DNA from: Chitinophaga sp.
GTDB lineage: Bacteria; Bacteroidota; Bacteroidia; Chitinophagales; Chitinophagaceae
Direction of reading: 5' to 3'
Length of the DNA stretch: 64,000 bases
NCBI RefSeq assembly: GCF_039596135.1
Contig: NZ_JBCNKH010000001.1
Span: 330,781 to 394,780, forward strand
Shown: positions 1-9,056 of the stretch, in pieces
How the letters are laid out: the number at the start of each line of letters is the position of its first letter
Numbering within the stretch: the stretch's first letter is position 1
The notes under the pieces: model-generated
The model's input: only the letters and a program-made list of their open reading frames with translations
The model's database searches: none
Told to the model about the DNA's origin: nothing
Position numbers and translations under genes: made by a program

Positions 1-163
1 TGATGCGGCAAATGCGTTCTACAGCTTTGTGCTGGGAGATGTCACAGCCCATGCCGTAAACGGTATCGGTCGGATAGATAATCACGCCTCCATCTTTCAG
101 ACATTCCACGATCGTCTTTAAATGACGGGGATTCGGGTTGTCCGGGTGTAAAGTTAAAAGCAT
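1..163 (-). CDS. tsaC: L-threonylcarbamoyladenylate synthase (YrdC/TsaC/Sua5 family), 5' part only; gene continues beyond the left edge
   Basis: Own translation from ATG at 163-161 (minus strand): MLLTLHPDNPNPRHLKTIVECLKDGGVIIYPTDTVYGMGCDISQHKAVERICRI. YPTDTVYG-GCD is the YrdC-fold signature. Track ORF 42..395 is a different frame. Confidence 0.7.
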   Translation of the reverse strand, partial: MLLTLHPDNPNPRHLKTIVECLKDGGVIIYPTDTVYGMGCDISQHKAVERICRI

Positions 164-320
164 ACTGTAAATTTACGATTATACCACCAATTACCAGACC
201 AGCCCTTCTTATTTCCTTACAGCTAATGCACAATATTTGTGTTATTTTATTATACACAGCAAGGCGGACATTAAATAATCTTACTATCTTTCCGCCCAAT
301 TTCCAAAAACCATTTTCTGG

Positions 321-1034
321 ATGAAGTTGAAAGGAATCGTTCCGAGAGTATGGCGGCGCCTGAAGAGAATTTTCCTGATTTTGTTTATCGCGCATCTGGT
401 TTACCTCATCGCACTGAGATGGGTCAATCCCCCTATTACAGTCACGATGATTTCAAGCTGGATTGGCACATGGGGTAGTGATACAAAGTTTCACAAAACA
501 TGGGTAAACTATTCAGAGATCTCTGAATTCACCAAGCTGGCCGTGCTGGCCAGTGAGGACCAGTTATTTCCTGATCATAATGGCTTTGACTTTAAGTCAA
601 TCGAAAAAGCCATGAAGCATAACCAGAAGAGTAAGAAGATCCGTGGGGCCAGCACCATCAGCCAGCAGGTAGCGAAAAACGTATTCCTGTGGCAGGGGAG
701 AAGCTGGTTCAGAAAAGGATTAGAAGTCTATTTCACCTTCATGATTGAGAAGCTGTGGGGCAAAGAGCGCATCCTGGAAGTCTACCTCAATGTAGCCCAG
801 ACAGGCGATGCCGTATTTGGCGTAGAAGCCGCTGCCCAGCAGTATTATCATAAAACAGCTGCGAGCCTCAATAGGGAGCAGTCTGCCATGATTGCCGCCT
901 GCCTGCCTAACCCTGTTAAATATACGGTGGTTCCACCGGCAAGGCCTACCCTGTACAGGCAAAAGAAAATATTGGTGCAAATGCGCTTACTGGCCGGCGA
1001 TCCGGATATATCAGAGCTGATTAGCGCCAAGTAA
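321..1034 (+). CDS. mtgA: monofunctional biosynthetic peptidoglycan transglycosylase (GT51)
   Basis: 237-aa ORF with an N-terminal membrane anchor. GT51 motifs EDQLFPDHNGFD and RGASTISQQVAKN. No transpeptidase domain. Confidence 0.9.
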   Translation: MKLKGIVPRVWRRLKRIFLILFIAHLVYLIALRWVNPPITVTMISSWIGTWGSDTKFHKTWVNYSEISEFTKLAVLASEDQLFPDHNGFDFKSIEKAMKHNQKSKKIRGASTISQQVAKNVFLWQGRSWFRKGLEVYFTFMIEKLWGKERILEVYLNVAQTGDAVFGVEAAAQQYYHKTAASLNREQSAMIAACLPNPVKYTVVPPARPTLYRQKKILVQMRLLAGDPDISELISAK

Positions 1035-1550
1035 CTGGTCTACTACCTTTACAGCTGTTTCCTGCCTTTCCTCAAATGTACCACGGATTTCTGCCCAGGG
1101 CACACCTGAAGATTGTACAATCTCTTTATAGACATTATAAAAGTATTCACGCATAACCGGGTCAGGGTGTTCCCTTTGTGGGTCATCTTCCCATGGAATA
1201 TCAATATAGGTGAGCAGGTAAAGGTCGTATCTTCTCTCTGCAATAGCAGCCAAAATCCAGGGATCACATTCTCCATACTTATGTTCGCTCCATACTTTGA
1301 TCACATGCAAATCGGTATCGCAAACCAGCAGGCGATTTGCCAGCTTAGCTCTTTCTGCTTCAAGTTCCAGCTGCCCCTTTGCAATAGCCAGCAGGTCGGA
1401 TTGCTCATATGAACGCGGCAATTCTTCTATATACTGACGGGCAAACTCAGGCACCCACATCGTTTCATAATGCGACGCCAGGAACTCACTGAGCGTACTT
1501 TTGCCCGTGCTCTCCGGACCAATAACCACTACTTTGTATAGCTCTTCCAT
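1011..1550 (-). CDS. P-loop ATPase resembling the ribosylnicotinamide kinase module of NadR
   Basis: 179-aa ORF with P-loop GPESTGKST. Overlaps the stop of the upstream PnuC gene by 22 nt, the typical pnuC-NR kinase pairing. Confidence 0.7.
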   Translation of the reverse strand: MEELYKVVVIGPESTGKSTLSEFLASHYETMWVPEFARQYIEELPRSYEQSDLLAIAKGQLELEAERAKLANRLLVCDTDLHVIKVWSEHKYGECDPWILAAIAERRYDLYLLTYIDIPWEDDPQREHPDPVMREYFYNVYKEIVQSSGVPWAEIRGTFEERQETAVKVVDQLLGANQL

Positions 1551-2149
1551 ATCTTCTTCCAGGTGAAATAACCCATCACTGCTACAATAAACAGGAAGAT
1601 GGTCAGTACCGCTGTCGCGACTAGTTTTTTATGAAATAATAATGGGACCGCTACCAGGTTGGATATATTCAGTAAGATCCAGTTTTCAATTTTCCGTTTG
1701 GCCAGCAACCACATACCTGCGCACGCTGTGGCGGATACAAAGGCATCTATCACCGGTACGTCTGAATTGGAGAAATGACTCAGCAGGTAATAAAACACTG
1801 CCCACCCAATCAATGCAATTGCCACTGTTATAACCCATTCCATCCTGGATGCCCAGGCAATCGGTACTTCGGGTTCAGCAGGTTTCTTCCTGGCCCAGTG
1901 ATACCAACCGTAAACACTCATTATAAAATAATAAGCATTCAATGTCGCTTCCGCATAGAGCTTAAACTGCTCCCGGGATAACAGGTATACATAAATGCCG
2001 GTGCTGATCAGACCTGTAGGATACAACCAGATGCTGTTCTGTTTACTACATACCACGCTGATGGCCCCAAATATCGCTGCCAGGATTTCCAGCCAGCTCA
2101 TGGCTTTTACTCCTTCTATCAGCGCCTGGTAAAATACATCCACATTCAT
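1529..2149 (-). CDS. pnuC: nicotinamide riboside transporter PnuC
   Basis: 206-aa polytopic membrane ORF with Trp-rich PnuC-like helices (SVYGWYHWARKK). Translationally coupled to the NR kinase-like gene. Confidence 0.8.
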   Translation of the reverse strand: MNVDVFYQALIEGVKAMSWLEILAAIFGAISVVCSKQNSIWLYPTGLISTGIYVYLLSREQFKLYAEATLNAYYFIMSVYGWYHWARKKPAEPEVPIAWASRMEWVITVAIALIGWAVFYYLLSHFSNSDVPVIDAFVSATACAGMWLLAKRKIENWILLNISNLVAVPLLFHKKLVATAVLTIFLFIVAVMGYFTWKKIWKSYTK

Positions 2150-2229
2150 GCCGCAAAGATAAGTGTACCAATCCCCTAAAAAAATCGGGGGGTAGCTGTT
2201 TGAAAATCAGTTTTTCGATTATAGAAGCG

Positions 2230-2295
2230 TCGAAGAAGCATCGAAGAAGCGTCGAACAACGATCGAAGAGCAGTCGAAGAACAGTCGAAGAAAGC
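2230..2295. repeat. 6 x 11-bp tandem repeat (TCGAAGAAGCG-like)
   Basis: Units are TCGAAGAAGCA, TCGAAGAAGCG, TCGAACAACGA, TCGAAGAGCAG, TCGAAGAACAG and TCGAAGAAAGC. Located upstream of pnuC. Confidence 0.85.
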
Positions 2296-2344
2296 TTATA
2301 GAATGGTGATGCAACATAATGACAACCAATCAATAAGTGTAGTT

Positions 2345-2380
2345 TAAATAAAAAAACGCCTATGCAAGAGGCATAAGCGT
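2345..2380 (-). terminator. intrinsic terminator after the PNGase F-related gene
   Basis: Hairpin ACGCCTATGC/GCATAAGCGT (1 mismatch), followed on the minus strand by a T-run. Confidence 0.7.
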
Positions 2381-2391
2381 TTTTCAATACG

Positions 2392-4053
2392 TTATTTTTT
2401 CTCTCCCATTAATACCCCCGACACATTCCACGCACTGAACGCGGTTCCCTCTCTCTTTCCTAATGGGATCGCTACTTTAAATTCATGTACACCCGGTGCC
2501 AGATCTGGTAATGGGATATACACAGCCGGCGTCAGACTACCCGGGCACCAGTTGGACCTGCTAAGATCAGAAGATGATAACCCGTTTGAGAAATTGCCGG
2601 AAGATGGATTCAGCAGGCGGTAAGTACCACAATCCGTTCTCCATGGCACAAAGTGATATACACGCTTGCCATCTACGAATATTTCATTCAGCTTAGGCAC
2701 AAATTCATCGCCATTGCCCCAGCCACCATGGCCAGTAGTGATATAGCGGAGCTGTAAGTTCGTAACCCCTTCCGGAATATTTACTTTCACCGTCAGGGAA
2801 TCATGGTCGAACATAGTACCATATTCCTGCCCTGCCATCTCCATCACGTTAGTAGTATTGAAGATCGGCTGTAAATAGGCTGGCGCATGTAATCCTTCGT
2901 CCTCATTACCTTTAAAGTACTTCAGGCGCAGACTTACAATATGGCCCCCTTTATCATAGTTACCGATGAAGACCCCTAACCATACATCACCTTCCATTCC
3001 TGGCTGTAGCTCTGTAATCTCCTGGCGGAACACCGCAGAATCAGCCCAGTTATAACCGGCGATCTGGCTTCTTTCATTATAGTGATGAATGCCAAAAGGC
3101 GTAAAGAAACGGAGCAGCTCCATGGTAGGCAGGTAATCGTCAGTAGCGACTACGCCCTGGTATTTCTCCTTATAAACAGGTAGATCCTTCACTCCATTTT
3201 GCAGGCCATTCAGGAAAGAACGCTGTTTATTCATAGGAATCATAAATACAGAGCCGGTGCGGTCATAAGCATCCCCGTTTGAATACTGGGCCAGTTCTAC
3301 AAACAGCTGGCGACCTGGTTCGTATTTAGGCAGTTTTACTTTTTTCAGAATTACGGTACCTCCGGCATAGTGATAGGTCACATCACCCTGATTCGCAGCT
3401 GGATTAGGTTTATCATATCCAAAGGATACCTGTTCTTTACTGAATACCGGGATGGTGGTATACCGGCTGTCTATTACCTCGCGGGTATAATTAGCCTGAT
3501 CTACTAATTTACCCATGGTGCCGGCGTCGGGCCAGTTCAGGTCTTTTGGATTGATTTTGCCCTTTTTTACCTCGGTAGCCACTACCTCCATTTCTCCGTT
3601 TCTCACCGTCTTCAGCACAAGTCCCAGTCCGGGAGCCGTACCCAAACCCGGTGTGCCCTTTACATTCAGGGCATTGGTATACCATACTTCCACGGTATTG
3701 GAGCGGATGATTACTTTGGCTTTTTTGCAGAGATAGCCTGCGATAGTCGCTGTATCGGGCAATAGTTCAGGCTTTTCATAATCTTCGATTTTCTTTTTGA
3801 AGGTCACAGCGCTGCCATCCAGGCGTAGCACCTGCATGGTAACATTCTCTGAGTAGTCGATGTATTGCTGTTCTCTGGCATTCCGGTCCTCATCGTTGGT
3901 GATGTGAACTTTATTGCCATCAATGAACAATGTCGATGCATTCTTTTTTAGTTCTTCGCCATGATAGCGCACTTTGTAGTGAACCGTCAGGGCATTTTGT
4001 GCATGAATTTCCGTTGTAAACAGCAAGCTGGCTGCTATAATAAGATATTTCAT
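2392..4053 (-). CDS. secreted peptide-N-glycosidase F-related protein (GLPGLI-like N-terminal region + PNGase F-like C-terminal region)
   Basis: 553 aa with signal peptide MKYLIIAASLLFTTEIHAQ. The PGLGTAPGLGLVLK segment resembles the GLPGLI family. The C-terminal TTGHGGWGNGDEF and CPG motifs recall PNGase F-type proteins of Bacteroidota. Assigned by recall only. Confidence 0.5.
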   Translation of the reverse strand: MKYLIIAASLLFTTEIHAQNALTVHYKVRYHGEELKKNASTLFIDGNKVHITNDEDRNAREQQYIDYSENVTMQVLRLDGSAVTFKKKIEDYEKPELLPDTATIAGYLCKKAKVIIRSNTVEVWYTNALNVKGTPGLGTAPGLGLVLKTVRNGEMEVVATEVKKGKINPKDLNWPDAGTMGKLVDQANYTREVIDSRYTTIPVFSKEQVSFGYDKPNPAANQGDVTYHYAGGTVILKKVKLPKYEPGRQLFVELAQYSNGDAYDRTGSVFMIPMNKQRSFLNGLQNGVKDLPVYKEKYQGVVATDDYLPTMELLRFFTPFGIHHYNERSQIAGYNWADSAVFRQEITELQPGMEGDVWLGVFIGNYDKGGHIVSLRLKYFKGNEDEGLHAPAYLQPIFNTTNVMEMAGQEYGTMFDHDSLTVKVNIPEGVTNLQLRYITTGHGGWGNGDEFVPKLNEIFVDGKRVYHFVPWRTDCGTYRLLNPSSGNFSNGLSSSDLSRSNWCPGSLTPAVYIPLPDLAPGVHEFKVAIPLGKREGTAFSAWNVSGVLMGEKK

Positions 4054-4100
4054 AAGTAGGAGGCCTGATTTTGTAACGTTTGCAATATAGTCGCAAATAG

Positions 4101-4135
4101 AATAAATAAAAAAGCACAGTCAAAAAGACTGTGCT
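4101..4135 (-). terminator. intrinsic terminator after the NifU-family gene
   Basis: Stem AGCACAGTC/GACTGTGCT with loop AAAAA. T-rich tract on the minus strand. Confidence 0.75.
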
Positions 4136-4168
4136 CATTTTTAACACTATCATTCTCTCAACTATGGC

Positions 4169-4762
4169 TTATTCCGCTTCAGCTACCACTTCCTTCACTT
4201 CCGGGATCATGCGCTTCATCATGCCTTCGATACCGGCTTTCAGTGTGATCATGGAAGAAGGGCAACCTGAACATGAGCCTTGCAGCATCAGTTTCACAGT
4301 TCCGTCTTCGTAGTCTTTGAACTGAATGGCACCGCCATCCATTTCAACTGCTGGCTTCACGTAGTTTTCAAGCAATTCTTTAATACGCTTTACCACATCA
4401 GTATCATCTGCACTTACTTCATTTCCGGCTACTGGTTTGTCAACGATTTCGTCTTCGTTAACTACCGGGCGGTTATCTTCCAGGTACTCTTTCAGAAAAG
4501 CTTTTATAGTAGGGATAATATCATTCCAATCAGTTTCAGGAGTCTTTGTCAGCGTGATAAAGTTCGCCATAATAAACACCCCCCTGATGAACGGGAAGCT
4601 GAACAGTTCAGCTGCCAGCGGAGACGGTTTTGCACTTGCTTCATCCGGGAAATCGATATGCTTACCTGGGTACAGGAGCTTGTTAGCAACAAACTTCATG
4701 GTTTCCGGATTCGGCGTCATTTCCGTATATATGCTGATAATGGGATTTCCTGTTTTAATCAT
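4169..4762 (-). CDS. NifU/Nfu family Fe-S cluster assembly protein
   Basis: 197 aa. Nfu_N-like N-terminal half and a C-terminal NifU domain with the CSGCPSS motif. Confidence 0.85.
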   Translation of the reverse strand: MIKTGNPIISIYTEMTPNPETMKFVANKLLYPGKHIDFPDEASAKPSPLAAELFSFPFIRGVFIMANFITLTKTPETDWNDIIPTIKAFLKEYLEDNRPVVNEDEIVDKPVAGNEVSADDTDVVKRIKELLENYVKPAVEMDGGAIQFKDYEDGTVKLMLQGSCSGCPSSMITLKAGIEGMMKRMIPEVKEVVAEAE

Positions 4763-5020
4763 GGTATTCTAAACTTTTGATGGAACAAAGGTAACTACTT
4801 TCAACTAGAATCTGAGGGAATTCAGCCCTTTTAACTATTACTATTTTCAATAGGGATATAGACAAAATCGTATTGATAAAAGTCGAATTATCAATGCCAA
4901 AAAGATACCGGTCCCGGCCGGTAATCAGGCCATGAGAGATTCTCTTTATTGTGTAAAAAAATATTACATGGCACATTATTCTATATATTAACTTTATGGA
5001 AAATAACGCCATCACTGAGT

Positions 5021-5473
5021 ATGCCCACTATCAAAACATTGCATGCACGCAAAAGAATAGCACTGATCGCACACGATCACAAGAAAGCAGAGCTCATAGA
5101 ATGGGCGCTCTACAACAAAGCCGTACTCTGCCGTCATGAACTATACGCTACCGGTACCACAGGCAAGCTCATTGAAGAAAACCTCGACGTACCTGTTAGA
5201 AAATTATTATCCGGACCGCTTGGTGGCGACCAGCAAATAGGCTCTTTGATCGCCGAAGGCAAAATCGATGTCGTGATCTTCTTTTGGGATCCAATGGAAG
5301 CGCTCCCGCATGACCCGGATATCAAAGCCCTGCTCCGCCTCGGTGTGGTATGGAATATCCCTATGGCCAGCAACCGGACCTCTGCAGACTTCCTACTTAC
5401 ATCTCCGCTCATGCACCAGGAATACGAAGTACGCTTACCTGACTATTCACAATATCTCGGTAGAAAAGTATAG
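5021..5473 (+). CDS. mgsA: methylglyoxal synthase
   Basis: Motifs ALIAHDHKK, LYATGTTG, GPLGGDQQIG and HDPDIKALLR. Start moved to ATG 5021 (track ORF begins at 4949 with a non-homologous extension). Confidence 0.9.
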   Translation: MPTIKTLHARKRIALIAHDHKKAELIEWALYNKAVLCRHELYATGTTGKLIEENLDVPVRKLLSGPLGGDQQIGSLIAEGKIDVVIFFWDPMEALPHDPDIKALLRLGVVWNIPMASNRTSADFLLTSPLMHQEYEVRLPDYSQYLGRKV

Positions 5474-5652
5474 TAATCATTTCGTCCTCATCTGACCTTA
5501 TCTTTTCAATAATCTGTCTTTCTTAGAAAGATCGGCACCGTTTGTGCTGCAAAGTACTCCTTACTAACCAGTTAGGTGTTTTCACACACCTCGTTGGAGA
5601 GTAATCGGGTTTCCTTATTTTCGTAACTTTTCAGGTCTTAACGTATTGTAGA

Positions 5653-7200
5653 ATGGTGAAACACTTATTAGTGGCCGCTTTCCTCCTGGCAGGCTTTTTC
5701 AAACCGGTTCAGGCACAGCTGCCACCCAAACGGGAATTGAGAGCGGTATGGATAGCAACAGTAGAGAACATCGATTGGCCTTCCCGCAGAGGGTTACCTG
5801 TTGAACAACAGAAACAGGAATTTATCAACCTTCTCAATACACAGCAGCGCAATGGCATGAATGCCGTGGTGGTACAAATCCGCCCGGTTGCAGACGCTTT
5901 TTATGCATCGCCCTTTGAACCCTGGTCCGAATACCTGACTGGCACACAGGGACAGGCCCCAAATCCTTATTATGACCCACTTCAGTTTATGATTGAAGAG
6001 ACGCATAAAAGAGGGATGGAATTTCATGCCTGGTTAAATCCTTACCGCGCAGTATTCAATGCCAGCCGCAACAATGTGACGCCAAACCATATTTCCAGGA
6101 TGCGCCCACAGTGGTTCCTCACTTATGATAACAAGAAGTACTTTGACCCCGGGGTACCCGAGGTGCGTGAGTATGTCACCCAGATCGTTCGCGACGTAGT
6201 ACGTCGTTATGATATAGATGCTGTTCATTTTGACGACTACTTTTATCCATACCGGGTACCGGGCAAGGAGTTTCCTGACTATGCCTCTTACCGTCAGTAT
6301 GGGCAGGGAATGGAAAAAGACGATTGGCGCAGGTATAATGTAGATACCATCATCCATATGGTGAGCATTGCTATCAAGCAGGAGAAAGCATGGGTGAAGT
6401 TTGGAATTAGTCCGTTCGGCATCTGGAGAAACAAGAATAAGGATCCGGAGGGGTCTTATACCAATGGCGGTACCACCAATTACGATGACCTGTATGCTGA
6501 TGTGCTGAAATGGTTAAAGAATGGCTGGATTGATTATGTGGCGCCGCAGCTGTATTGGGAAAGAGGTCACCGGGTTGCAGACTATGAACTGTTGCTAAAC
6601 TGGTGGGCACAGCATTCCTACGGACGTAATTTATACATCGGGCACGGGGCGTACCGGATTAATAGTAACGCGGCATGGAATAATCCGAATGAACTACCTG
6701 TGCAGATTACGGAAACACGGACCCTCAATACGGTGCAGGGCAGCATCTTCTACAGTGCTAAGTCCTTCAATGGTAATCCAAGAGGGATCGAAGATAGTTT
6801 GCGGAATCACTTCTATCATTATCCGGCTTTACGACCTGTGATGTCATGGCTGAATTTCAGCGCGCCGGAGTCGCCGTACTTTGCGGATGCTTTTGAAAGG
6901 GCCAATGGATTACATCTGCATTGGGTAGACGGAGATACTACCAGTCGTACCAATCAGTATGTGTTGTATCGTTTTGAAGGGCGGGAGGTGATCAACCTGA
7001 ATAACCCGGAGAAGATCCTGACTATTCTGCCACAGAGTCCGGATCCGCAGTATGTGGATAGTACTTATCAGAAAGGGAAGGAGTATACCTATGTTCTGAC
7101 CTCCCTGAATAGATTGCAGAATGAGAGCCTGGCGAGCGATCCGATGTATATTAGAATAGTAAAGGGGAAGACGAAATTTTATTTTGACCCTGAACCATAA
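5653..7200 (+). CDS. glycoside hydrolase-like family 10 (GHL10/DUF187, YngK-like) secreted protein
   Basis: 515 aa with a signal peptide. N-terminal RAVWIATVENIDWPS and a TIM-barrel-like region typical of the GHL10 family. Confidence 0.7.
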   Translation: MVKHLLVAAFLLAGFFKPVQAQLPPKRELRAVWIATVENIDWPSRRGLPVEQQKQEFINLLNTQQRNGMNAVVVQIRPVADAFYASPFEPWSEYLTGTQGQAPNPYYDPLQFMIEETHKRGMEFHAWLNPYRAVFNASRNNVTPNHISRMRPQWFLTYDNKKYFDPGVPEVREYVTQIVRDVVRRYDIDAVHFDDYFYPYRVPGKEFPDYASYRQYGQGMEKDDWRRYNVDTIIHMVSIAIKQEKAWVKFGISPFGIWRNKNKDPEGSYTNGGTTNYDDLYADVLKWLKNGWIDYVAPQLYWERGHRVADYELLLNWWAQHSYGRNLYIGHGAYRINSNAAWNNPNELPVQITETRTLNTVQGSIFYSAKSFNGNPRGIEDSLRNHFYHYPALRPVMSWLNFSAPESPYFADAFERANGLHLHWVDGDTTSRTNQYVLYRFEGREVINLNNPEKILTILPQSPDPQYVDSTYQKGKEYTYVLTSLNRLQNESLASDPMYIRIVKGKTKFYFDPEP

Positions 7201-7201
7201 A

Positions 7202-7270
7202 AGCTAACAGGGGGCGCCGTTGGCACCCCCTGTTAGCTTTGCAAAGAACATCCCCGGGGATGTTCTTTGC
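7202..7270. terminator. two adjacent hairpins between convergent genes (GHL10 gene and pafA)
   Basis: AGCTAACAGGGGGCGCC-GTT-GGCACCCCCTGTTAGCT, then a perfect 15-nt-arm palindrome GCAAAGAACATCCCC/GGGGATGTTCTTTGC. U-tracts are weak. Confidence 0.6.
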
Positions 7271-7272
7271 AA

Positions 7273-8925
7273 TTATTTATAGACCTCCATCACCGCTCTT
7301 CCCACACAACCACTCGGCATCTGTATCTTCAACATTGCCGCCACTGTAGCCGCTATATCCGTCATACTCGTCTTCTCATTAGTATACCCATGCTTCACAT
7401 GCCAGCCCATGAACACCATTGGAATATGTGTATCATAAGGCGCCCATGTACCATGCGTGGTTCCTTTCAGGTTACCTTCATACCATCCCGGATCGGGAAT
7501 CATAATCACCGCACCATCGCGCTTAGGATAATATCCATTGATCGCCATTTGCTTAATTGGCTCAGGCAATGCACTGTTTCCAATATTGTCCAGGTCTGCG
7601 GCAAATTGAATACCCGGTACTGTTTGCAGGTAGTATACCGCTTCTTTTTTCACTGCATCATAATCCAGCTTCGCAGCTTTGATCTTCTGAACATCGAAGT
7701 CAACATGATAGTTGTTAGTACCTTTTACCAGGCTATCTGCACCGAATACATTTTTCAGATCTGCAGTCAGGCCGGATACTATCGCCTTGTCATTCACCAG
7801 TCCTGATGGAATATCATACTCTTTCAGGAAACCTACAGAATGAGAAGCACCATGATCTGCTGTCAGGAATACCAGGTAATTTCCCTTGCCTACTTTCTGA
7901 TCGAGGAAGGTAAAGAATGCGGCCAGATCCTTGTCCAGGCGCAGGTAAGTATCTTCTACCTCAATAGAATTAGGCCCAAACTGGTGGCCTACATAATCGG
8001 TAGAAGCACAGTTGATAGTGAGGAAGTCGGTTACCGGACCACTACCCATGTTATACCCGTTCACAGCGGCTTTTGCAAAATCCAGTGTGAGGGTATTGCC
8101 ACCTGGCGTAGAACGCAGGCTACCCTTGCTTACTTTATAGATAGCAGGCAAATCGTGGGGAAACTTAGGGCTGGTTTCGCCTTTGTAAGTATTCTCCCAG
8201 GTTACGTCGTCTTCAGAGCTCTGTACGTATGTATTGATAGGGTAGAGGGTTTCCCAGGGTTTGGACATCAGTGCTGCCGGTTCGTTTTTAGCATTGAACT
8301 GTTTTACCCACTCAGGGAGTTCTTTCATATAGTAACTGCTGGTCACGAAAGAAGCATTGCTGTCGTCCAGCCAGAAAGCACCGTTTGCAATATGGCCTGC
8401 AGGCAAGATGGAAGCGCGGTCTTTCAGGGATACGCCCACTACTTTAGAGCGGAAGTTAGTTGCCAGTCGCAGTTCGTCTGTGATCGTAGATGCAAGCAGA
8501 CTGCGTGGAGACATTTTTCCTGCGTCGGTGGTAGTACCTACAGGGGTCACGGTAGAATCTTCTGTGCAATAGAATTCTCGGCCGGTGGCCTGGTCTGTCC
8601 AGCCATTGCCGGTGATGCCATGGATAGCAGGCACCGATCCGGTGAAAATAGTGCTATGACCTACGGCAGTGTAAGAGGGAAGGTGGGTAATGAATGCGTT
8701 TTCACAGGTGAAGCCTTCACCCAACAGTCTTTTAAAACCACCGGTTCCGTAGCGGTCAGCGTAACGGTATAGGTAGTCCCAGCGCATCTGGTCTACGACG
8801 ATACCAACTACCAACTTAGGGCGGGCGACTGCTGGTTGTGTCTGTGCCATTACAGTATCTTTCTGGCCGAAGGTACAGGTGAGTACCACCGCCAGGGCGG
8901 ATAATGTTTTGTTCATATTGCTCAT
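7273..8925 (-). CDS. pafA: alkaline phosphatase PafA-type (nucleotide pyrophosphatase/phosphodiesterase superfamily)
   Basis: 550 aa with a signal peptide. Motifs VVDQMRWDY, PSYTAVGHSTIFTG (Thr nucleophile region), FLTADHG and HGTWAPYDTHIP. Confidence 0.8.
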   Translation of the reverse strand: MSNMNKTLSALAVVLTCTFGQKDTVMAQTQPAVARPKLVVGIVVDQMRWDYLYRYADRYGTGGFKRLLGEGFTCENAFITHLPSYTAVGHSTIFTGSVPAIHGITGNGWTDQATGREFYCTEDSTVTPVGTTTDAGKMSPRSLLASTITDELRLATNFRSKVVGVSLKDRASILPAGHIANGAFWLDDSNASFVTSSYYMKELPEWVKQFNAKNEPAALMSKPWETLYPINTYVQSSEDDVTWENTYKGETSPKFPHDLPAIYKVSKGSLRSTPGGNTLTLDFAKAAVNGYNMGSGPVTDFLTINCASTDYVGHQFGPNSIEVEDTYLRLDKDLAAFFTFLDQKVGKGNYLVFLTADHGASHSVGFLKEYDIPSGLVNDKAIVSGLTADLKNVFGADSLVKGTNNYHVDFDVQKIKAAKLDYDAVKKEAVYYLQTVPGIQFAADLDNIGNSALPEPIKQMAINGYYPKRDGAVIMIPDPGWYEGNLKGTTHGTWAPYDTHIPMVFMGWHVKHGYTNEKTSMTDIAATVAAMLKIQMPSGCVGRAVMEVYK

Positions 8926-8997
8926 AATATTGATAATTTCCTGATTGTCATCCGCAAAGATGTGTATTAATTAGGATAAACGACATCCATTCATCAA

Positions 8998-9032
8998 ATG
9001 AACGAGGCGATCCTGTGGATCGCCTCGTTCAT
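8998..9032 (-). terminator. hairpin terminator after the GDPD gene
   Basis: Perfect 15-bp stem TGAACGAGGCGATCC/GGATCGCCTCGTTCA with loop TGT, followed by TTT on both strands. Confidence 0.7.
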
Positions 9033-9056
9033 TTGAATTTCACAATAATGATTTAT

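Noticed and set aside
42-395. 117-aa minus-strand track ORF spanning the tsaC start and the tsaC/mtgA divergent promoter region
   Set aside because: It is in a different frame from the clear YrdC-family reading frame (ATG at 163), shows no recognisable family, and overlaps the mtgA start.
2046-2387. 113-aa ORF covering the 11-bp tandem repeat
   Set aside because: The open frame is an artefact of the repeat (repetitive LLRCFFDAS-type peptide), and it overlaps the pnuC start.
7840-8772. 310-aa plus-strand ORF inside pafA
   Set aside because: Shadow ORF. The minus-strand frame carries all the phosphatase motifs.
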